64,000 nt of DNA from the NCBI RefSeq assembly GCF_009914755.1, contig NC_060934.1, one strand, 5' to 3'. Under the pieces are notes generated by a model. The model searched no databases and was not told the DNA's origin. It saw only the letters and a list, made by a program, of their open reading frames with translations. Source of the stretch: the human T2T-CHM13v2.0 reference genome, Homo sapiens. The translations under genes and the position numbers were made by a program. Positions within the stretch are counted from its first letter, which is position 1. The number at the start of each line of letters is the position of its first letter. Shown here one piece after another: positions 52,550-64,000 of this stretch.

Positions 52550-52770
52550 GTAAAGTCGGATGGCTACGAGCAGAGCTTTTGGAGTTGGATGGACCTGGAT
52601 TTGATTCCTGTTTCCACTACTAGCTAGTGCTATGATCTTAGCTGGTGGGGACATCTCGTTATCCTTTCCAAGCCTCATTTTTATCTTCAAAATGGGGTTA
52701 ATTATGAAGAGTGAAGGTATGTAAAGTGCATAGCACTTGGCATGGCGCAGGTAATAAATGTTAATGAGTA
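52550..52770 (+). mobile_element. MIR
   Basis: gcttttggagttgga..gacctggattt...atgtaaagtgcatagcac...taataaatgtt. Confidence 0.7.
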
Positions 52771-52992
52771 CTTTAATAATTCATTTTATTAAAAGGAAGC
52801 CTGTTCTTTCTCTGATACCTTGGAGAAAGCTGAAGCCCTCAGAAATTAAAAGTGCTATCCCAAATTGTACCGTAAATATCAACCACCCGTTATCTCAGTA
52901 TTTATCCTTAACTTGTGTTTGTTTTATGGTTTAGGAGTCAAAGGTAGAATTTTTATATATATATTTACTTAAATCTTAAGAAATGAACTGGT

Positions 52993-53350
<358 letters not shown>

Positions 53351-54068
53351 CTAGAGCTAAAAACTAGAACAATATCTTAGTTATCTTTATTATACACTTT
53401 ATTCCATGCATTGTACCAAGTGTTTTACATGCATCAAATGAGATAGTGTGTAAATTGCTTAATACCATGCCTGGCACATAGTATACGCTCAGTGAATGTT
53501 AGTTGCTATTATTATTTATTTTAAATGTAATTTATTTAAATTATCTAATACCCATTTACAAGTAATAAAATTAGAGACCCAGAACACTTAAGTAATTAAA
53601 GTCACATAGCTATTAAGTTGCAGAACTGGGATTTGAATCGTCCACGAAAGCCCATGATTCTACCTAGAGCCCTTAGCTTCTAGTCCTGGTTCCAATACTA
53701 ACTGGCCTTGTACAAATTACTTAACTTCCCTAAATCTCAGTTACCTCATTATAAATTATTTTCAGGCCCTATTTTAGCTGTAATATCCTAGGATTTGGAG
53801 GATTTTCCTGAACAGTCAAAAATTATGACTTATTTTTGTAGGGTATGGTTTAATCTCTGAGTAACAGTTCCCTAGAAAACTGATGCAGCCTACAAACTGC
53901 TGCTTATACACAAAGAGATATATACAGAAGTTGAAAGTATTTTAAAAATTTTATAACAATGTGACAGTAGTTACATGTATGTTGATTCTAGTAATAAAAA
54001 AATTGGACTTTATGTTTTTAAAATTTTTCTAGTAATTAACTGTATTTTATAAAACTATGGGTCTGCAC

Positions 54069-54479
<411 letters not shown>

Positions 54480-54528
54480 TCAAATTTGTTTGTTTTTAAA
54501 TTACATGTTTACAAAAAGTTACCCCTTA

Positions 54529-54884
<356 letters not shown>

Positions 54885-55214
54885 CTAGGAGTTCAACTTG
54901 CCCCCAACCCCACTTGTTGCAGAGTTGCTCCTGTTAGAGCTTCTCTTATGCTCCTGGCAATCAACAGTTGAACCTAGAGAGCAAAACTCTTGTTCTCCCT
55001 AGACAAAACTCTTTAAGGAAAGTTAACTTTATATATCATGATTCTCTTTTTTGGAAGAGGTAGGGAAGTGACATGATAATGAAGGTTCCTGGTGGGCTCA
55101 TTAAAAAGTTTAACCCTTCTAGTTTTTCATCAGTAGGTTTCTATAAAGCACTGACTTACCAAATGAAAGTACTGGAATGAACATATCTTAGCAGTCATAG
55201 ATTCCAACAACCTT

Positions 55215-55523
55215 CTTCTTTTTTTTTTTTTTTTTTTTTGAGACAGAGTCTCCTTCTGTCACCCAGGCTGGAGTGCAGTGGTGCAGTCTCGGCTCACTGT
55301 AGCCTCTGCCTCCCAGGTTGAAGCAATTCTCATGCCTCAGCCTCCAAAGTAGCTGAGATTACAGGCACGTGCCACCACACCAGGCTAATTTTTTTTGTAT
55401 TTTTATTAGAGACATGGTTTCACTATGTTGGCCAGGCTGATCTGAAACTCGTGACCTCAAGTGATCCACTCACCTCGGCCTCCCAAAGTGCTGGGATTAG
55501 AGGTGTGAGCCACTGCGCCCAGC
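55215..55523 (-). mobile_element. AluSx
   Basis: Antisense dimer. Confidence 0.9.
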
Positions 55524-55645
55524 CGATTTCAACTATCTAATTTGACAGATGAAGGTCTTGGGTATCATATATCTGGCTATTGATAGGAGTGAGACTAGTC
55601 CATTGACTGAATTGTATGCTGTGTGAGGGTTACACACAGAGCCTC

Positions 55646-55797
55646 GGCTGGGTGCGGTGGCTTACACCTGTAATCCCAGCACTTTGGTAGGCCAAGGCAG
55701 GCGGATTACCTGAGGTTGGGAGTTTGAGACCAGCCTGACAAACATGGAGATACCCCGTCTCTACTAAAAATACAAAATTAGCTGGGCGTGGTGGCGC
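55646..55797 (+). mobile_element. 3'-truncated AluSp-like left arm
   Basis: Ends abruptly at gtggcgc and abuts L1 sequence. Confidence 0.8.
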
Positions 55798-55913
55798 TCA
55801 TCAGTACAGTGATGAGAGAAACCAAGAAGATCTGAATAATGGAGAGACATACCAAGTTCATGAATTGGTAGGCACAACATAGCAAAGATATCATGTCTCC
55901 CCAAATTGATCTA

Positions 55914-56657
<744 letters not shown>

Positions 56658-56725
56658 GACTTAGTATATATTTATAATAATTAACACAGTGTCGTGTTGT
56701 CAGACTTAGACACATAGATCAATGA

Positions 56726-57677
<952 letters not shown>

Positions 57678-59000
57678 GTCAATTTATTTTTGACAAAGGT
57701 GCAAAGACAACTTAATGAGATATGTTGGAAACAGTAGGAAATTCTTAGGCAAAGGAAAAATGAGCCTCAATCTAAACCTCACACCTTATGCAAAAATTAA
57801 CTGAAAATAGATCATAGGTGAAAAACATAAATCTGTAAACATTTTAGGAGAAAATGGGAGGGTGGAAATCTTTGTGACTTGGAATTAGGCAGAGTCAATT
57901 TAGACATTAAACCAAAACACAATCCATAAAATATTAATAAGTTGGACTTCATCAAGAGTAAAAGTGTCTGTTCTATGAAAGATGTTAAGGGAATGAAAAA
58001 ATAAGCTTAAGACTGGGAGAAAATACTTAGAAATAACTGTATCACTACTGAAGGACTTGAATTCAGAATAAAGAAGTCTCCAAACTCAATAGTAAGAAAA
58101 CAATTTAGTTTAATAATGGATAAAAGACTTGAGCAGACATGTCACCCAAAAGGATATACAGACGGCAAATAAGCACATGAAAAGATGTTCAACATAATTA
58201 GTCATTAGAGAAATGCAAATTTAAACCACATGGAGCTACTATTACATACATACTTGAATCGCTTAAGTAAAAACACTGAAATACAAAGTACTGAAGAGGA
58301 TGTGGAGAAACTAGAATTCTTATTGCTAGTGGGAATACAAAGTGATAAAATGACATTGGAAAAGAGTTTGACAGTAAAGCTAACCACACCTTTACCTTTT
58401 GACCCAGGAATCCTACCCCTGGGTACTTACCCTAAAGAAGTGGAAACCTGTGTTCACACAAACACTGATACACAAATGTTTATAGCAGCTCCATTCATAA
58501 TTGCCCCAAACTGGAGATCCCACATGTCCTTCAACCAGTGAATGGATAAAGAAACTGATACATACAGGCAATGAATACTACTCAGCAGTAAAAAGAAACA
58601 AGCTATTGATATATGCAATAGCTTGGAAAAATTTCAGTCATCATGTTGAATGAAGGAAGCCAGTCTGAAAATTGGCTGTAAAATTACATGCTGTATAAAT
58701 CATTCATTTAAAGAAAAGAATTAATTTTACCAAATTAGCAAAAAGAGGCTGAATGCACATCACCCTAGAAGTGTGGACCCCATATATAAAACTGCCCTAC
58801 TCTTTTACCGTGAAGGAAGACATGAAGCAAGTATATAGTTGTAGCAACTAAATGAAATCACAGAAAATCTGTACCTGTCCCGATTCTCAAAGATTTTTTT
58901 CCTCTAGACTTTTATATGTCAAATATACCTCATGACCACTTTTAAGATAACAAACCAAATTGTACATAATTCATGCTCCTAAAGCAGCAAGACTAGATGA

Positions 59001-59317
<317 letters not shown>

Positions 59318-59361
59318 CCTTTTATGTGCTTTTTAAAAGTACGTTATGTATTTCAGTTTTT

Positions 59362-59412
59362 CACACACACGCACACACACACACACACACTCACACACAG
59401 ACACACACACAC
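59362..59412. repeat. Imperfect (CA)n microsatellite
   Basis: About 25 CA units with interruptions. Confidence 0.93.
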
Positions 59413-60517
59413 GTTCTTCTCTAGGTTTTTTCTGTAAATTTTACATCTCTAGGTGGGGGTAGTAGGGGAAGAGAAGCAGGTTTTTTTTACAGCTGATGTG
59501 ATCACTGTACAGACAAGCTTGGAAAATGCTACCCAATCTGCCAATTAATTAAAGCATTAATCTGAGGAGCAGCCGGGCCCAGGGAATGTTTACCCAGGGA
59601 GGAGTGGGGGTGGTAGGAACTGAGTAGGCAGCTCCCTATATTTGCATGAAAATGAAGGTGCTTAGGAAACCCTGCTTCCTTTTGTCTCTAAAGGTGGGGC
59701 AGCCTAGATCACATCCCTAAACACTTTTGGTCTCTTTAGGAAGCCTTTTAGGGAGCTGGTCTCTGAAAGATGAAAGCACAGCACAATCTAGAAAAACAAA
59801 TTTAAATTCTGGTCAGAGTAAGGTAGGGAGTAAGTACAGTGTAGTATTCTTTGACCTAGAATGGAATCTTCTAAATTCAGGAGTAAAATTTCATCTATTT
59901 AGGTAGAATAGATGAAGGGGTTTTACAAGTTTTAAAACCACATAGGCTGGGTTCAAATCCCAGCTCTGCATATTAGTTGTGTGATTTGGGACTAATCATG
60001 TATCTTATCTGAGCCTTTTCTCATCTGTAAAATAAAGATTATCAATTGCCCCTTCATCTCAGAGCAGTTAGTTCTCTGCTAACTCTAGGCAGGAAACAGG
60101 CCGGACAGTGGTTACGAACTTCCAAGATTACAGACTGCCTCCATGACTAAGAGACTGCTCAGCCTTTTGTTCTTGTTAAACTTTTTTCTCAGCAAGGGAT
60201 TATAAACCTCAGAGTTTCCTCTCACCCTCCTGGAATATGCTGCACTCTTTCTCTAAGAGAAGTGACCCTGACCATAACAGCAAAGGACATAAAGACAGGA
60301 GCCCACCTTGGGACCTAAGGGTCGCATTGGCTCTACCCAAGATGACGTTACCTATTTATATCACAGGGGAGGGTGGTGAAATGGGCATGGAAAATTGACT
60401 CACAATATTTGATGATATTGAAAAATTATTGTTAATTTTTAAAAATTGTGATAAAATACATATAATGCAAAATTTACCATTTTAACTGTTTGTTAACTCT
60501 TTAAGCATAATATTGTG

Positions 60518-60797
60518 GGCCAGGCACGGTGGCTCGCGCCTGTAATCCTAGCTCTTTGGGAGGGCAAGGCAGGGACAATTGCTTGAGCTCAGGAGTTCGA
60601 GACCAACCTGGGCAACATGGTGTAACCCCATCTCTACTAAAAATACAAAATTAGCCGGGCATGGTGACAGACGCCTATAGTCCCAGCTACTGAGGAGGCT
60701 GAGGGGCTTGAGCCCTGGAGGTGGAGGTTTGCAGTGAGCTGAGATCATGCCACTGCACTCCAAAGCAGGACTCTGTCTGACAAAAAAAAAAAAAAAA
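60518..60797 (+). mobile_element. AluJb/S with small deletions
   Basis: TSD ataatattgtg. Confidence 0.88.
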
Positions 60798-61031
60798 GAT
60801 AATATTGTGTTTTTGTTCTTTTTTTAAGATTCCTAATCTTTTAGATCTACATGCTGAAAATTTTACAGATAAAATGATACAGTGTCTGGGATTTGATTCA
60901 AGGTAATCCAGAGGGAAGAAGATTGACCCAACAACAAAGACCTCTAGCCTCATGGCACAAACAAGAAACTTTTTCCAGGGTTTAGTTTTCTCTTAGATGA
61001 TACCTCTTCATTTCTGTGTATTTTCTTGCAG

Positions 61032-61163
61032 AACTCTCAGAAATTGAGCCCAATGTATTCCTTCGACCTTTTCTGGAAGTGATTCGCTCTGAAGATACCA
61101 CTGGCCCTATCACTGGACTGGCACTCACCTCTGTCAACAAGTTCCTGTCCTATGCACTCATAG
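61032..61163 (+). CDS. GBF1: GBF1 internal coding exon (probably exon 4, ~c.164-295), N-terminal DCB region
   Basis: Polypyrimidine tract and ttgcAG acceptor (61030-61031), G|GTAAGA donor (61164). 132 nt, phase 1-1, open frame (G)AA CTC TCA GAA ATT... = ELSEIEPNVFLRPFLEVIRSEDTTGPITGLALTSVNKFLSYALI(D), matching the GBF1 N-terminus as I recall it. Confidence 0.96.
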
Positions 61164-61446
61164 GTAAGAGCTCAGGCTTTGTTGCATGACCACAGCACTT
61201 CATTTCCCACCTTTCCTGGGGTGCCCAGGCCTTAGGCAATGAGCTGGTGATAGTGGGAAATTTTTTCCAGTCACCTCTTTTCTTGTAGAAGAGAAATAGG
61301 ATTGTTGTTGGTTATTCATCATGCTAGCTGACTCACGTTGTACAGGGTGGGAAGGGCAAGAGAAGAAGTTTTCCTTGGCACTCTGGCTTCTCTATGCTTT
61401 GGAAAGAGTTAAGGGTATGGTACCTTACTCTTGGAAGTTTGGTTAG

Positions 61447-61758
<312 letters not shown>

Positions 61759-61982
61759 CCTGGTTAGGTTTATTTTTAAAGTTATTTTTTCAGACATAAT
61801 GCATGCACATTATAAGAAGACAGACAATAGAGATGTTCAAAAGAAAAGTTAATTGTCCTTCCTGTACTTTCTCAATGTTCCTCCTCCTTCTTTAGGCAAA
61901 TAGTGTGAACAGCCTAGTTTGAATCTTTATGTTTTTCTATGTCTTTATAAATGAAGTACCATTCCTTTTTAAAATGAAATAA

Positions 61983-62306
<324 letters not shown>

Positions 62307-62350
62307 TTATGTGCTACATATTTTCTTTTTTCATTTAATGGTATTAACTT

Positions 62351-62691
<341 letters not shown>

Positions 62692-63069
62692 TCATCTGAT
62701 TTATTCTTTTATATTGTAGAAAATATATATAAAACTTGCTATTTCCATCAGTTTCAGTTTACAATTCATTGGCATTAATTACACTCACAATGTTGTGCAG
62801 CCGTCACCACCATCTATTTCCCAAACATTTTTATTACCCCAAATAGAAACTTAACATAATGGGGAGTTAACATTAACCAATAACTCCCCATTTCTCTCTC
62901 CCCTCAGCCCCTTGTATGATTTTTTTTACTAGCTCTATAATTTCCATAGTGTAATATAGATATAACACAATTCATGTGCTCATTCTTAATATTTAAGATT
63001 GTTTCCTATTGAAGTCATAAATAATGCTAATATAAGCATCCTTGATCACATGTCCTTATTAATAATTTT

Positions 63070-63261
63070 TTTAATTTTTATTTTTAGTAGAGACGGGGTT
63101 TCACCATTTTGTGCCACCACGCCCGGCTAATTTTTGTATTTTTAGTAGAGACAGGGTTTCACCATATTGGCCAGGCTGGTCTCAAACTCCTGACCTTGTG
63201 ATCCACCCGCCTCGGCTTCCCAAAGTGCTGGGATTATAGGCATGAGCCACCATGCCCGGCC
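63070..63261 (-). mobile_element. Partial Alu with a duplicated left-arm segment
   Basis: tttttagtagagac.gggtttcaccat occurs twice; right arm mostly absent. Confidence 0.8.
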
Positions 63262-63494
63262 CCTTATTGCTAATTTTACTCTTGTATGAAAGATTTCTGA
63301 ACTTGGAATTTCTGGATTAAAGACCACGTGCATATTGCATTTTTATAGCTATTACCAGGTTGCTTCCCCAAAAGGTTACATCATTTATACTTCCACCAGC
63401 AGTGATTGAGAATTTCTACTTCCCTACCCTGTCATCAGCACTGAATATTATCAGTTTTATTTGTGCCAACTTGGTAAGTAAAAAATGATATTTT

Positions 63495-63787
63495 GTTTTT
63501 ATTTTTTGAGACAGGGTCTTGCTCTGTCACCCAGACTGGAGTGCAGTGGCACAATCACGGCTCACTGCAGCCTTGACCTTCGGGCTCAGGTGATCCTCCC
63601 ACCTCCGCCTCCCAAGTAGCTGGGACTATAGGCACACGCCACCACACCCAGCTAGTTTTTGTACTTTTAGTAGAAGTGGAGTTTCTCCATGTTGCCCAGG
63701 CTGGTCTTGAACTCCTGAGCTCAAGAAATCCACCACCTTGGCCTCCCAAAGTGCTAGGATTACGGATGTGAGCCATTGCACTCAGCC
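63495..63787 (-). mobile_element. AluJ
   Basis: Antisense J dimer. Confidence 0.88.
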
Positions 63788-64000
63788 TTTTGTTGCTTTT
63801 ATTTCCTGGAGGCTGAACATTTGAATTTCCTGTCCTTCACTTCTTTTTTTAATTGAGTTGGGTTTGTTTTTCATGTCAATTTGTAGGAGTTCTTTGTATG
63901 GTAGGAATATTAACCCATTGCCTTTCATAGCATTACAATTATTTGCTCCTAATCTAGGCCAAATATTTCCCTTAATCTGTAGTTTATCTCTAAATTTCTT

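Overview
Human (hominid) genomic DNA from inside the GBF1 gene (Golgi brefeldin A-resistant ARF-GEF), + strand. The only coding sequence I can support is one 132-nt internal exon at 61032-61163 (ELSEIEPNVFLRPFLEVIRSEDTTGPITGLALTSVNKFLSYALI, about residues 55-98, probably exon 4). It is absent from the supplied ORF track. The rest is intronic and very rich in transposable elements: about 60 Alu/FLAM copies (including a young AluYb8-lineage copy), an antisense SVA, a sense 5'-truncated L1PA3-like insertion, old L1M/MIR/L2 fragments, MaLR LTRs and DNA transposons (Tigger3b, MER20, MER1B, MER2). Many listed ORFs overlap Alu, L1 or SVA elements, and I support none of them as a gene. I found no convincing new biological system. 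The findings are TE-architecture oddities plus speculative splicing and enhancer candidates. Repeat boundaries are approximate, subfamily calls come from remembered consensus features, and the repeat list is not exhaustive.
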